A DNA stretch of 63,420 bases, counting the filler, from Octopus bimaculoides (Eukaryota): assembly GCF_001194135.2 (NCBI RefSeq). It is 4 parts of 4 records of this genome, joined end to end, with 100 filler letters (N's around TTAATTAATTAA, not from the genome) between each part and the next. Parts side by side here need not be neighbours in the genome. Positions count along the whole stretch, not along the records: positions 21,839 to 51,744 come from NC_068981.1; 3 more parts are not named here. One strand, 5' to 3'. Each line of letters starts with the position of its first letter. Within the stretch, counting starts at the first letter, position 1. The notes below the pieces were generated by a model that was not told the DNA's origin, did no database searches, and saw only the letters and a program-made list of their open reading frames with translations. Positions 24,067-37,414 of this stretch are shown in pieces. The position numbers and the translations under genes are program-made.

Positions 24067-25263
24067 GCTGCTATTTCATGTTACCCCAAACCCCTCACAT
24101 CCTTTCCTAAAAGTTTGTCGCTCTGCTGGTGAATAAAAAAAATCTTATACATTTTTATAACGATTTTGTTGATTCTATCATTATTATAATAATATTTTTT
24201 TCTGTAAATTATAACTTGTAATCATAATAACTACCAATAAGTGTGTAAACATCTGGTTTCGTATATAAATACATATCGTTTGCACTTAAAATGTATAAAT
24301 ATATTTCATTTATGTATAAATACATTTAAAGTGCATTAATATATTTTGTTAGTACATTAAATATATTTCGCTACACGTGAAGTGTATTAATATATTTTAT
24401 TTTGTATATCAATACATTTCGTTTGTATTTTAAGTGTATGTGTATTAATATATTTTGTTTTGTATTATATATATATATTTCGATCGCATTTGAAACGTAT
24501 AAATATATTTGTAATTGCAGTCTATCTTTAATAAATTCGAACTGAAAATAAAAAAAGCTTCAAATTATCAGTAAGTAATGTCTGAATTTTTTATTTAAAT
24601 TGCAGACTAAGTATCTCTACNNNNNNNNNNNNNNNNNNNNNNNNNNNNNNNNNNNNNNNNNNNNNNNNNNNNNNNNNNNNNNNNNNNNNNNNNNNNNNNN
24701 NNNNNNNNNNNNNNNNNNNNNNNNNNNNNNNNNNNNNNNNNNNNNNNNNNNNNNNNNNNNNNNNNNNNNNNNNNNNNNNNNNNNNNNNNNNNNNNNNNNN
24801 NNNNNNNNNNNNNNNNNNNNNNNNNNNNNNNNNNNNNNNNNNNNNNNNNNNNNNNNNNNNNNNNNNNNNNNNNNNNNNNNNNNNNNNNNNNNNNNNNNNN
24901 NNNNNNNNNNNNNNNNNNNNNNNNNNNNNNNNNNNNNNNNNNNNNNNNNNNNNNNNNNNNNNNNNNNNNNNNNNNNNNNNNNNNNNNNNNNNNNNNNNNN
25001 NNNNNNNNNNNNNNNNNNNNNNNNNNNNNNNNNNNNNNNNNNNNNNNNNNNNNNNNNNNNNNNNNNNNNNNNNNNNNNNNNNNNNNNNNNNNNNNNNNNN
25101 NNNNNNNNNNNNNNNNNNNNNNNNNNNNNNNNNNNNNNNNNNNNNNNNNNNNNNNNNNNNNNNNNNNNNNNNNNNNNNNNNNNNNNNNNNNNNNNNNNNN
25201 NNNNNNNNNNNNNNNNNNNNNNNNNNNNNNNNNNNNNNNNNNNNNNNNNNNNNNNNNNNNNNN

Positions 25264-25344
<81 letters not shown>

Positions 25345-25989
25345 TAGTGCAGGCTAGATACTGAAAATAATTCGGGACTTTAAGATCACCAACTTTTCAA
25401 AACCACCTGGTATAATAGTGGAAGTGACATGCAGCAGATGTCAACTTTTTCTTTCATCTATTGGGAATTCTATCGTATACGATCTCAGATAAACCTACAT
25501 CAAATTCCTCCACAAATATAGTAAACCAGCTCAGTCCCAGGAACCGGTAAGAGACAAACAGTATTAAGAAAAAATATATGTACTTCACCCAGAACACATA
25601 ATGTTGAAAATGCATGCACATTGGCCCATGTATTTTATACATATTCGAATATGTGTGGATATCTTAGATTGTGTAACGCAACCCCCACGTTACACACACG
25701 CACACACACACACAAGTACACCCACGTTTACAACTTCGTTATTCCTTTAATGATAACTCTTGAGTCAATAAGATTTGAATATATAATCCCAGCATCTATT
25801 TGTTAGATATAATTACATTGTTGTTTTCTATATTATTTCTAAAGTGCTCATATATAACGGTATCATTGTTATAGCTGTGATTGTAGTTGTTCATTGTTTT
25901 AAGCTTTAATCAGATTTATGATCAAAGGCGTTCCAGGTATAACCATCTGTATTTTGTTCGTGTGTCTAAGAATACGCTATCAATATGTC

Positions 25990-26150
25990 CTTCATACTTG
26001 GGCATTGCCTTGATGAGTTTAGTCGATCAAATCGACCTAGATGCTTCAGAAGCCTGGTACTTATTTCATCGATCTCTGTTTGCCGAACCACTATTTTATG
26101 GGATGGCAAACAAACCAATATATATTGTTAAGCGGTGGCATGGAATAAAC
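25990..26150 (-). mobile_element. Degraded 3' half of SINE family C
   Basis: tttagtcgatcaaatcgacc...ggtacttatttcatcgatctctgtttgccgaacc; abuts (CA)n. Confidence 0.7.
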
Positions 26151-26864
26151 ACACACACACACACACACACACACATANNNNNNNNNNNNNNNNNNNNNNN
26201 NNNNNNNNNNNNNNNNNNNNNNNNNNNNNNNNNNNNNNNNNNNNNNNNNNNNNNNNNNNNNNNNNNNNNNNNNNNNNNNNNNNNNNNNNNNNNNNNNNNN
26301 NNNNNNNNNNNNNNNNNNNNNNNNNNNNNNNNNNNNNNNNNNNNNNNNNNNNNNNNNNNNNNNNNNNNNNNNNNNNNNNNNNNNNNNNNNNNNNNNNNNN
26401 NNNNNNNNNNNNNNNNNNNNNNNNNNNNNNNNNNNNNNNNNNNNNNNNNNNNNNNNNNNNNNNNNNNNNNNNNNNNNNNNNNNNNNNNNNNNNNNNNNNN
26501 NNNNNNNNNNNNNNNNNNNNNNNNNNNNNNNNNNNNNNNNNNNNNNNNNNNNNNNNNNNNNNNNNNNNNNNNNNNNNNNNNNNNNNNNNNNNNNNNNNNN
26601 NNNNNNNNNNNNNNNNNNNNNNNNNNNNNNNNNNNNNNNNNNNNNNNNNNNNNNNNCGAGTCTCTTTCTCTAAATATCAATTGAAACTACTGTCATCCTA
26701 ACCTGATGTGTTTGATGAAATTAGAGCGACTGCAATCATTTACTAAACCATGCAAGGTAGTGGTTATTATCGGCGTACCATTGAACATTGCTGGCAAAAC
26801 CTTTCGTGAGAAAATGATATTAAAGCAAAGAAACGAATCAGGCTATGCACTGCTGGATACCCAG

Positions 26865-26906
<42 letters not shown>

Positions 26907-27591
26907 TTGTAGTTTGATGTCAAAATGACATACAAACTTGAGTCAACCGTGGCTTGTCACGTGATTTGGTTCGAATTAAACAAAATGAACAAGCTTAGAT
27001 CATTTGTTTTATGACTTTTTATTTACAGTTTTACATGAACCGGAATAGCTGTAATATCGATTCCTCATATTGACTTGGGATCATAAATAAATAGACAAAT
27101 GTACTTAGTTGATTTAATCCATAGGGATGAAGCTGAATACGATAGCTGTGACAGTTGTTCTTTCTGACAAACCAAGCAAGAAATTTAATTTTTGGCTGAT
27201 ATACTTAATCCGTCGCCCTGCTTAACACCATCAGCTGGTTGATGAATGCTTTTAGTAGAGCCTATTGCAAACATAGAGATTAGGTGACGGATCTGAAAAT
27301 AACTTCCACGCTTTCTATCAGCATCCACGGAAGTCCTGAAAAAAAAAATTAATAAATAAACGTCATGATTGCTAACTTTAATTTTCTAAACTATAATATA
27401 AATTAAAAATGACCATATTTCTTTCTTTGGTGATACAGAGTGATGAAAAGCAGTCATTCTACATACAATTTCACCTCAAATTACAAACCTAATCCAACCA
27501 GTCGTTAGGTTTAACCTCTCTTACCGTTGTCTCTTTTGTTGTATGTATTTGAAGACTACTCGATGTCCATATGCGATGCCCCTGACAACAG

Positions 27592-27848
27592 CAGTGGTTC
27601 TCAACCGGGGTCCATATGACCCTAGGGGGTCCATATAGGATTTTGTCGTTAGCATTTATGTGCGATAAATTAGTTATATTTTTACAGTACATAGGATATT
27701 TTAACAATTTTTTAAATACAATACTTAATAATATTTAGTTTCAAAACATACAATAGGATTTTTTAAAACATCAAATAACTATGGAGATCACCTTGAGTAG
27801 AATAGGAATCAAAGGGTTTCATAGGCAAAACATGGTTGAGTAACACTG
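27592..27848. mobile_element. hAT/Charlie-type MITE
   Basis: TIRs cagtggttctcaacc / ggttgagtaacactg; 8-bp TSD gacaacag / gactacat (6/8). Confidence 0.85.
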
Positions 27849-28811
27849 GACTACATCGACCTTTTTCCTCACATCAGTCTCTGAGATGCTGAAAACGTAA
27901 TGGGTGCTACGCTTGAAAAGAAAAAAGAAAACGACTAAATGAAATCTTAAATATTCTGTTCTATTTCTAACAAATGGTCGTTCATGAAAAACGTTTTAAT
28001 TGATTGACAAGCATGCTTTACAGAAAAAAAATAGGACTTAATCGAGACCATTACATTACTGGTACTCAGTTTATTCATGTCAAAAGTCATAATTCAGAGT
28101 TAGCCTGAATTGGATTTAAAACTAGGGCATATATAGGACGTGGCAAAATATGAAAACTATCTTTTTCTAGCCCTCTACCAATTCTGCTGTCTACCTGCCC
28201 TCAAAAAATCCTATATATTACTTTTATTGACATAAAACCATAGGTTTATAAGTAAATTAGGAAATTAAAAACTATAATTAAGTCTATTTGCTATCTGCAG
28301 ATTTTTCACTGAAAATAGAAGCCAGTTCACAAATGTTACTCTTGGGATGTTTACTTATTACACGGATTCTGATGAGAGTTGTACATAGCAATGGCTGTGG
28401 TCGACTGAATATATATCAGTATTGCACTACTCGGAAAGCGGGCGAGTTTCATGTTTAATTTGATAAGAAATATTTTTTTCTAGCAGTCAAAGATCGCTGG
28501 GATCCTTGACTCATTATCTCAAGTTTTCAAACTATTAAGCTCATATAAGGCAAAATTTCGTGATTAGGTAGATCATTTCAAACATATACTCAGTTTAGAG
28601 TAGAACATCTAAAACTAGTTATGCGTATACTCGTCCTGCTTCAACCAAGAAATCATGAAATCTGTAGGTTTACCAGAAGTCCAGTGTGTGTGTGTGGGTC
28701 TTTTTTTTTAGAAATATTACGTTGTCAAAAAATAGAGCAGCAAAAAACAGCAACAACAAACATATATGTGTGTGTGTGCGCGCACACACATGTGTCTATG
28801 CATGGATATGA

Positions 28812-28853
<42 letters not shown>

Positions 28854-29009
28854 ACAAAACGTATCATTTCGTTTCTGAAAATCTGGATAGATTACTACCA
28901 CACTTTCTTGTTATAAATATCACTCTTTCTTGCTTATAAATATTATTTCCATACCCTTGTGGTTTACCACAACACTTTGTAGCTTGCGCACTCCAGACAC
29001 ACACACACA

Positions 29010-29055
<46 letters not shown>

Positions 29056-29264
29056 NNNNNNNNNNNNNNNNNNNNNNNNNNNNNNNNNNNNNNNNNNNNN
29101 NNNNNNNNNNNNNNNNNNNNNNNNNNNNNNNNNNNNNNNNNNNNNNNNNNNNNNNNNNNNNNNNNNNNNNNNNNNNNNNNNNNNNNNNNNNNNNNNNNNN
29201 NNNNNNNNNNNNNNNNNNNNNNNNNNNNNNNNNNNNNNNNNNNNNNNNNNNNNNNNNNNNNNNN

Positions 29265-29303
<39 letters not shown>

Positions 29304-30518
29304 TTAAGCCAATTACTCTGAGTAAATCACAACCCATTTCAATATAAAGAAAACAATTTATTTCTAGCCCTAAATTCACTCTCAAATCTATTCAATTTGA
29401 TACCAAGAATACGTTTGAATATAAAGAAAATCTCTTCGTTGTTATGAACGAGATAATTTATACCCATTCAACCAGTTCCATCAAAACTGAAAGCTACTTA
29501 AATCATATACTTGAGGTGTACTTTTCCTTACAGATATAAAATCCTAACGTTTCCTTGATCATTTTTTCAGCGATTTCAGTGTAAATCTCTGCATCTCTTT
29601 CTATCACCATGGTAACATTTCAAAGTTATTTAGTAAAGATCAACTCCAATAGTTTGTTTTATTCTAAAAATTATATTATTCAAAGTTCATTAAAAGCTTA
29701 AAATTAGAAAAATAAATATTATTGAAAGAAGTAGGCAGCAGCATTGGCATAGCACTTCATTTGCCATAAAAAGGTAATAACGCAAAATTTTATTATAAAA
29801 CAAGAAAATTTTCAACGACTTGTGAAGAATAATATAAAATCTAGTAAATTAAATTATTTAGATATGTTTAACAACCACCAACCCATTTAAAAAAAAGAAA
29901 TTGGTAAAACTTATAATTAAAAGAAATGAAGAAACTAAAACTAGAACTTATAAAAAATATTTTCAAGATGGCAACTCTTATGTAATAATCTAAAATGTGA
30001 AAAAAAAAAACGCTATACTTCAAGAAATCAACTCTAGCTTTTTAGTGAATATACATACGAATACAGACACTTATACAACCTGCACGCACACATATTTATA
30101 TATATATACTTTATACATACGCATGGTATATATATATTTAAATATATATCGGTATATGTATATGTATTATATATACTATATATATGTGTATGCGTATATG
30201 AATATGTATACACACATGCACACACATATTTATATGTATATAACTGAAGAAGAATGAACAAATGAATGAATATCAATAAAAACGGTAAAAAATTATTATT
30301 TTTTGGGAAAGTACAGTACATGGACTTAGAAAAATGAATAGCGTGATTCGGTTCTGATTTTATGTTGAAATTCTAAGAAATTTTTATAATAGAGACAAGT
30401 CAAAGAAAAAAATTGAAAATGAATAAAAAGATATATATAAAAAAAAAGAAAACAAAGAACAGAAAGAAAAATGATCATCTCATTTTGTGCAATAAGGCAG
30501 AGAAAACAACAACAAATA

Positions 30519-30519
<1 letters not shown>

Positions 30520-30587
<68 letters not shown>

Positions 30588-31240
30588 CATCATCATCATC
30601 ATCATCATCACCATCACTATCATTGTCGTTGTCGTTATCATCACGAGGCAAACAATTAATATTTCTACAGCTACAANNNNNNNNNNNNNNNNNNNNNNNN
30701 NNNNNNNNNNNNNNNNNNNNNNNNNNNNNNNNNNNNNNNNNNNNNNNNNNNNNNNNNNNNNNNNNNNNNNNNNNNNNNNNNNNNNNNNNNNNNNNNNNNN
30801 NNNNNNNNNNNNNNNNNNNNNNNNNNNNNCCCACTAACAATCTCTTCACCAATAACATAACATCACCCATTCACCACCATCACAGAACCCACCACCACCA
30901 CCACCACCTCCACCACTACTACCAAAGCCACCATTAACACTCACTCTTCACCATGATCATCATTATATTCATCCTCATCAGAACTCCATCATCATTACCC
31001 ACTAACAATCTCTTCACCAATAACATAACATCACCCATTCACCACCATCACAGAACCCACCACCACCACCACCACCGCTAACACCACCATCACCACCAGC
31101 GCTATCATCATCATCATCCTCATCATTATCATGTCTACCGCCAATACCACCGTCACCACCACCATTACCACAACCGTCACCGCTGCCATTATTACTTTTA
31201 ATTTTTTATTATCATCATCGCCATCAGCACCTTCATCAGT

Positions 31241-31287
<47 letters not shown>

Positions 31288-31504
31288 TGTAATATTCTTC
31301 GCCACCATAAAATTCAATCACCATTTACTGCCAGCAACATCGTCACCCCGCTCCCCCACCGCCGCTACTATAACGACTGCCATTTCCAACCATCCTAGTA
31401 ACCATCACTAACGCCGTCGACACTGCTACCACCATCACTCTTATTATTATTAATATCTTCAAGCACCTCTCCTTCGCATCCGTCTCCTCTGCCTCATGTT
31501 TATT

Positions 31505-31535
<31 letters not shown>

Positions 31536-31560
31536 TCATCGTCATCGTCATCATCATTAT
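30520..31560. repeat. Compound trinucleotide low-complexity region (TTA, CAT, CAC)
   Basis: Direct reading. Confidence 0.92.
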
Positions 31561-31929
31561 TGTTATTATTTAATGTTCCTATATAACTGGGTTTATTTTA
31601 GAAGTCTCCTTTTACTGCCGTTATACAAACAATTTTATTAAAGCGAGTTACCCGTATCCCGAAACTACATTTTGTTTCTTTTTTACAATATATCACACAA
31701 TTAGTTTAAAATTTTATTTGCTCATATAATTATATATGTTTTTGTTTTAATCATTTATTTGGTTATGCGAATTATTTATTGTTTTTTAATATACATGCCT
31801 CATGCTTCCAAAAATATAGTTATCTCGTTAACAAAATGAAAATTTCCATTCCATTTAGTTTATGTTTCTTCGTTTCGTTAGCAAGAATATTTCACGCAAT
31901 TCCATTGTTGTAGTTGTTGTTTGTTGTTA

Positions 31930-32125
31930 GTAGAATTGTTAGAGCGTTGTGGGGAAAAATGCTTTGCGGCATTCATTCTGGATCTTTGCATTCTGATTTC
32001 AGATCCTATCGAAGTTAACTTTCCAATTCCGAAATCGGTAAAATAAATATCAGTCTTGTCCTAAGATCGATGTAATCAACTGACTCTCTCTCTCTCTTCA
32101 AACAATTTTGACCTTCTACCGAAAT
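31930..32125 (+). mobile_element. Old degraded SINE B
   Basis: agaattgttagagc...aaatgctttgcggcattc...aagatcgatgtaatcaactg. Confidence 0.6.
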
Positions 32126-32166
32126 TAGAAATTATTTTTTTATGTAATCGTAGTATCGGTTTCCAT

Positions 32167-32550
32167 TTTTGTTGGCACTCCGTCGTTTACGACGTCGAGT
32201 GTTCCAGTTGATCCGATCAACGCAACAGCCTGCTCGTGAAATTAACGTGCAAGTGGCTGAGCACTCCACAGACACGTGTGCCATTAACGTAGTTCTCGGG
32301 GATGTTCAGCGTGACACAGTGTGACAAGGCTGACTCCTTTGAATTACAGGCACAACAGAAACAGGAAGTAAGAATGAGAGAAAGTTGTGGTGGAAGAGTA
32401 CAGCAGGGTTCACCACCATCCCCTGCCGGAGCCTCGTGGAGCTTTAGGTGTTTTCGCTCAATAAACACTCACGATGCCCGGTCTAGGAATCGAAACCGAG
32501 ATCCTATGACCGCGAGTCCGCTGCCCTAACCACTGGGCCATTGCGCCTCC
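32167..32550 (-). mobile_element. Full-length SINE family A
   Basis: Reverse complement of family A; perfect 12-bp TSD atcggtttccat (32155-32166 and 32551-32562). Confidence 0.94.
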
Positions 32551-32606
32551 ATCGGTTTCCATAGGGCACTAAATAAATTATATTGTAGTATAAATTACTT
32601 AGGTTT

Positions 32607-33055
32607 AAGGTGGCGAGCTGGCAGAATCGTTAGCATGACGGGCAAAATGATTAGCAGCATTTCATCAGGTTTTGTGTTCTGAGCTCAAATTCCGCTGAGG
32701 TTGACGTTGGCTTCCATCCATTTAGGGTCGACAAAATAAATACTAACTAAATACTGGAGTCGATGTAATCAACATACCCCACCCTCGAAATTGCTGGCAT
32801 TGTGCCAAAATTTGAAATCGGTATTAATTACTTAGATTAAGGTGGTAAGCTAGTAGAATCGTCAATGAGTTGGAAAAAATGCAATGCAGCATATTTTCTG
32901 GATTCTTACTTCCTGAGTTTAAACTCCATCGTGGCCAACTTGCCTTTCGTCTTTTCGGAATAGATAGCATAAGTACCAGTTGAGCACTGGGGCAATGTAA
33001 TAGACTATCCCTACCCACAAAATTTCAGACCGTGTACCTATATTAGAAGTGATTA
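32607..33055 (+). mobile_element. Two tandem SINE B copies
   Basis: Heads aaggtggcgagctggcagaatcgttag (~32607) and aaggtggtaagctagtagaatcg (~32840). Confidence 0.82.
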
Positions 33056-33159
33056 TTTACTGAAGTCAGTTTATATTCAAGGATCAAATCCAGCCTGTGT
33101 AGACTTTTTCAACCACCTGGAATCGATAAAATAAAGTACGATTCATTTATACGGGCAAT

Positions 33160-33375
33160 GTATACCCTAAACAAAACCATAAACAAAACTCTACCCTAAA
33201 CAAAACCAAATGAAGCCTTGAACCTATACTGGAAAGCATTATCTCTGGTAAGTTGGCGGTAGTTTGGTAACTTGATGATAGACTAGCAAGTTGACGGTGG
33301 ATTGGCAAGTTGGCTGTGGTTTAGCAAGTTGGCTTCGGATTGGCAAGTTGTCTGTGGATTGGCAAATTGGCTGGA
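33160..33375. repeat. (CCCTAAACAAAACC)-like repeats plus a 19-bp minisatellite
   Basis: accctaaacaaaacc twice, then about five units of gattggcaagttggctgtg. Confidence 0.8.
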
Positions 33376-33516
33376 AATCAGTAAGATTCTGTGAATCGTT
33401 GGTGCGTCGCAAAATATGCCTTGTAACATTTCTTTCAGTCTTTTACATTCTGGTTTCAAATCCCACCGATGTCAACTTTGCATTCATTCTTACGGAGTCG
33501 ATAAAACAATGTACCC

Positions 33517-34458
33517 GAAGAGAGGCAAAATCAAATGTATGGACGGACTAACGATACCTTCGAAGGATGTTATGAAGCAGATAGAAGAGACGGACTCTAA
33601 GTACTTGAGGATATTGGAAATGGATAAATTGATGGAGAAAGAAATGACAGAAAAATTTAAGGTGGGGTACTTGCGCAGACGAAGTTAAACGGACGGAATA
33701 AGATTGACGCTATCAACACCCCTGCGGTTTCACTCCTTAGATATGGAACAGGGGTAATCGCATGGACAACAGACGACCTAAACAGCTTAGATAGAAAGAC
33801 AAGGAAGTTACTGACTAGATATGGGTTACTCCATCAAAAAAGTGACACAGACAGACTGTATGCACCAAGAAAAAGAGGGGGAGGAGAACTTATTGGATGC
33901 GAACACAGCATTAGAGCAGAAGAAAATAACATAGCATGGTATGTAAAAAATGCCACACAACCGCTTTTATTGGAAGTAAGAAAGTCAAGATAAAGCACTA
34001 CACAAAGACTTGAGAATGAAGGAAACTTAAAATAGGTGGATAAAGAAAAGAATGCATGGACAATTTAATAGGGATATTGAAGATGAGACACACAGAGAAA
34101 AAAGATGGCTATGGATGATTAAAATTGATATAAAACTGGATATAAAACTGATATAATTGATATAAAACTGTGCTGCCCAAAAGCAAGCATTAGGAACGAA
34201 TTACATCAAATGCAGAATAGACAACTCATCAGAAAGTGAAAAGTGCAGAATTTATGGCCAAAATGGTGAAACTGTATAGCATATTGCCGGTCAATGTATG
34301 CCACTAGCCCATAAAGAATATAAGAGACGCCATGACAATATAGCAAAGATTGTCCATTAGACACTTTACAACAAGTATGGACTTGGCAGAGCGAAAAAGT
34401 GGTATGAGCATAAATCCGAAGGCATCATCGAAAATGTTGATGCAAAGATCCTATGGGA
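33517..34458 (+). mobile_element. R4/Dong-like non-LTR retrotransposon fragment 1
   Basis: Peptides SKYLRILEMD, NKIDAINT, LDRKTRKLLT, KSDTDRLYAPRK.GG and C-terminal KEYKRRHDNIA, KKWYEHKSEG, KILWD; truncated at both ends. Confidence 0.8.
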
Positions 34459-35989
34459 TGATGATAACAGCATCTCACTAGATAAAGCAAATGAAGTAAG
34501 AGAATTAGACCAAAGTCAGACATACAAATACTTAGGAATCAATGAACTAGATACCGCACGACACACACAAATGAAAGAGAAGATAAGAAAAGAATACTAT
34601 AGACGAGTTAGATTAATACTGAAAACAGAGCCCAATGCGAAAAACAAGATAATAGGTATCAATACTCTAGCCGTCCCAGTTATAAGTTACAGCTACAATA
34701 TTCTTAACTGGTCTTTAAATGAACTAATCAAAATAGACAGGAAAACAACAAAAATAAATGATGACCAGGTTTTGGATGCGCCACCCAAAATCTGACATTA
34801 AAATTTTATATATACAACGTATAGAAGATGGTAGAGGCTTTATACAGCTAGAAAACTATTACAAAATAACCATTATAAGACTACAGAAAGACCTACTTCA
34901 GAAGCAAGGAAAACTAATGAAAATAGCTACAAAACCCGAACAAAACAAAAAAACTGTTTTTAGTCTATAGGGAAGCTGACAAATATAAAAAAGAAGTCAT
35001 AGTCCCCTAACAACTATGAAGAAAAAAAAGAAAGTTCAAAACCTGTAAAATAACTGAAATCCAAACTAAAACTGGAACAGCAACGGATTACAATAAAACG
35101 ATGGCATGAAAAGCTCCTTCATTGCACTTACAGGGTCAAACTAAACAGAAAAGAAATAGACATAGCAAATCCCAACAATGGCTGAGAAGTTCAGGACTCA
35201 AAAGCAAAGACTGAATAATTTTAATTGTAGTACAAGCCCAAAGCCTTCTCAATAGAAATTACCAAAAACATATAATGAAAAGAAATACAAGTAACTGCAG
35301 AATATGTGGAGATAGAGAAGAAACAGAAAATCATATTGTCTCTGGCTGACCACTTCTGGCTAAGAAGGAATGTATTCACAGACACGAGAGTGTTAGGATC
35401 TATATACACTGGAAGCTATGCCAACACTATGGAATAACAACGAAAAAAGATGGTATAGGTACACACCAGAAAAGATCACTGAGAATGAGAAAGCAACTAT
35501 ATTATGGGATATACTAATACACACAGATACAGAAATTAAGGCCAATAAGCCGGATATAGTTGTCAGAGATCACCTAGAAATAAATGTGTTCTAAATGATG
35601 TATCAATGCCAACAGGTGACTATGTTTCTCTAAAAGAAACGAAGGAACTTTCAAAATACAAAGATCTAGAAATAGAGGTAATTCGAATGTGGAGTCTAAA
35701 AGCAGAAATAATTCCTATCATAATTGCCGCATTAGGTATAATAAAAAAATATTCAGACAAACACATAACAAAAACACCAGTACTTACAAATATATATAAC
35801 ATACAAAAAATTACACTACTAGGCACCACACACATCCTACGTAAAACACTTTCAATACAGTAAAAATAAGAGCATCACAACAAACCACAGCACATACCCA
35901 TGGCACACAGAACTGCACTCGGTAGTGCAGTGAAAGCATGTGACAAAAATAAGACTGCTGAATAATAATAACAATAATAATAATAATAA

Positions 35990-35990
<1 letters not shown>
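34459..35990 (+). mobile_element. R4/Dong-like non-LTR retrotransposon fragment 2 with 3' end
   Basis: TYKYLGINE, KEYYRRVRLILKTE, HPKSDI, zinc knuckle CRICGD...HI..G, restriction-like endonuclease NKPDIVVRD...DVSMP...KYKDL, stop at ~35863, short 3' UTR and (AAT)n tail. Confidence 0.88.
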
Positions 35991-36063
<73 letters not shown>

Positions 36064-36066
36064 ATA

Positions 36067-36103
<37 letters not shown>

Positions 36104-36357
36104 TAAATTTAATCATGATCGTTATGATGGCAATGAACAGAATGATAGAAATAATTTGGAAAAATTTACTTGGCGAAAAAGAATAATAGAACTAAAATAA
36201 AGATTGTCTCCCACTACGTACGAATAACAGGAAATGATAATATTTAGGCTCGACATCCAGTTGTGTTATTCATTTTAGAACTATGTATGTATGTATGTAT
36301 GTATGTGTTTACAAACATACATACAAGCACACATACAAATATACATACATGCATACA

Positions 36358-36920
36358 TATGAGAGTGATCTTCCAAAAAGAAATAGATCTTTTGAAATAA
36401 TATATTTGTTCTCTTGTTTACATTATAACAACGCTTGTCTCCTTCAAAATAATACATAGCTTCTCTTTATTTCTTAGCTTGTTTTTTTCTTTCATTTGTA
36501 TTTTATTTTTACTACTTTGAACGTTCTGGAACGCGTTTTCAATTATGTACACTTCTCATAGGAAATTTTTTTCAGTGTTCTTTCTTTTATCATTTAAAAA
36601 TCTGAAATCGGTATCTTTTCTTCGTGTATTTCAAGGAACGAAATAGATTTGTCGAGGCCACACGTAAAGTGTTAGCTGCCTGGAATAACGAGTATCAATT
36701 CGCGATTAATCACAAACGTCACATTAGCAGATGCGTCGTCCTGGTGCAATATTCAAATCGTATTTGATTTCATTTTTTATCCCAAAACTCTTCGCATACC
36801 GCTCTCAAACGTCCCCAGGATATCCGAACAAATCTTTTTTATGACGGTCTAACCCGTATCCAAACTCATTACCAAACAATATCCTTCCATCAAAAACGAC
36901 TCGTGTTTATAACTGAGAAA
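36358..36920 (-). mobile_element. Highly decayed mariner 3' half
   Basis: Minus-strand G*TVIKK and ILHQDDAS motifs; terminus tatgagagtgatcttccaaaaag resembles mariner TIRs. Confidence 0.5.
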
Positions 36921-36954
36921 TTCTGACTTACTTTCGCTTTCCTTTTAATCTTTT

Positions 36955-37144
36955 AACTTTTACTCGTTTCTGTCAATGGACAGTGGCCATGCTGGGGCAG
37001 CCTCCAAGGGTCTTAACTGAGAAAATCCACCCCAGTACTCATTTTCTTTTAAGTTTGATACTTATCTATCAGTCTGTTATTCTCAATCACTAAGTTACAG
37101 GGACGAAAAAACCAACACAGGTTGCCAAGCAGTGGGGTCAAACA

Positions 37145-37145
<1 letters not shown>
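36955..37145 (-). mobile_element. Degraded 3' half of SINE family C
   Basis: tttactcgtttctgtcaatggacagtggccatgctggggcag...caggttgccaagcagtggg; abuts (CA)n. Confidence 0.7.
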
Positions 37146-37206
<61 letters not shown>

Positions 37207-37414
37207 TAGATATAAATACAACCGATGGCTTAGCTGGTCGAAACTTCGAAGTCACTAACAACAACATCCTACATTAAAAATAATACATATACATATGCAT
37301 ATGTGTGTGCGTGTGCGAGCGCGAGCACGTGATCAAGAGCTTTCTGTTTCTTTGTTATCAGTTGAATGAGCACTATTCCACCCATAATAGTAATCTCGGA
37401 CACTCGGAAGTTTA

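Noticed and set aside
29520-29625. Strong-looking acceptor cttttccttacag with a downstream donor catg|gtaaca
   Set aside because: All three frames hit stops after the acceptor; such sites are frequent by chance.
30830-31075. Identical ~75-bp direct repeat (cccactaacaatctcttcacc...)
   Set aside because: The first copy abuts a gap and lies in low-complexity sequence; probably an overlap or scaffolding duplication.
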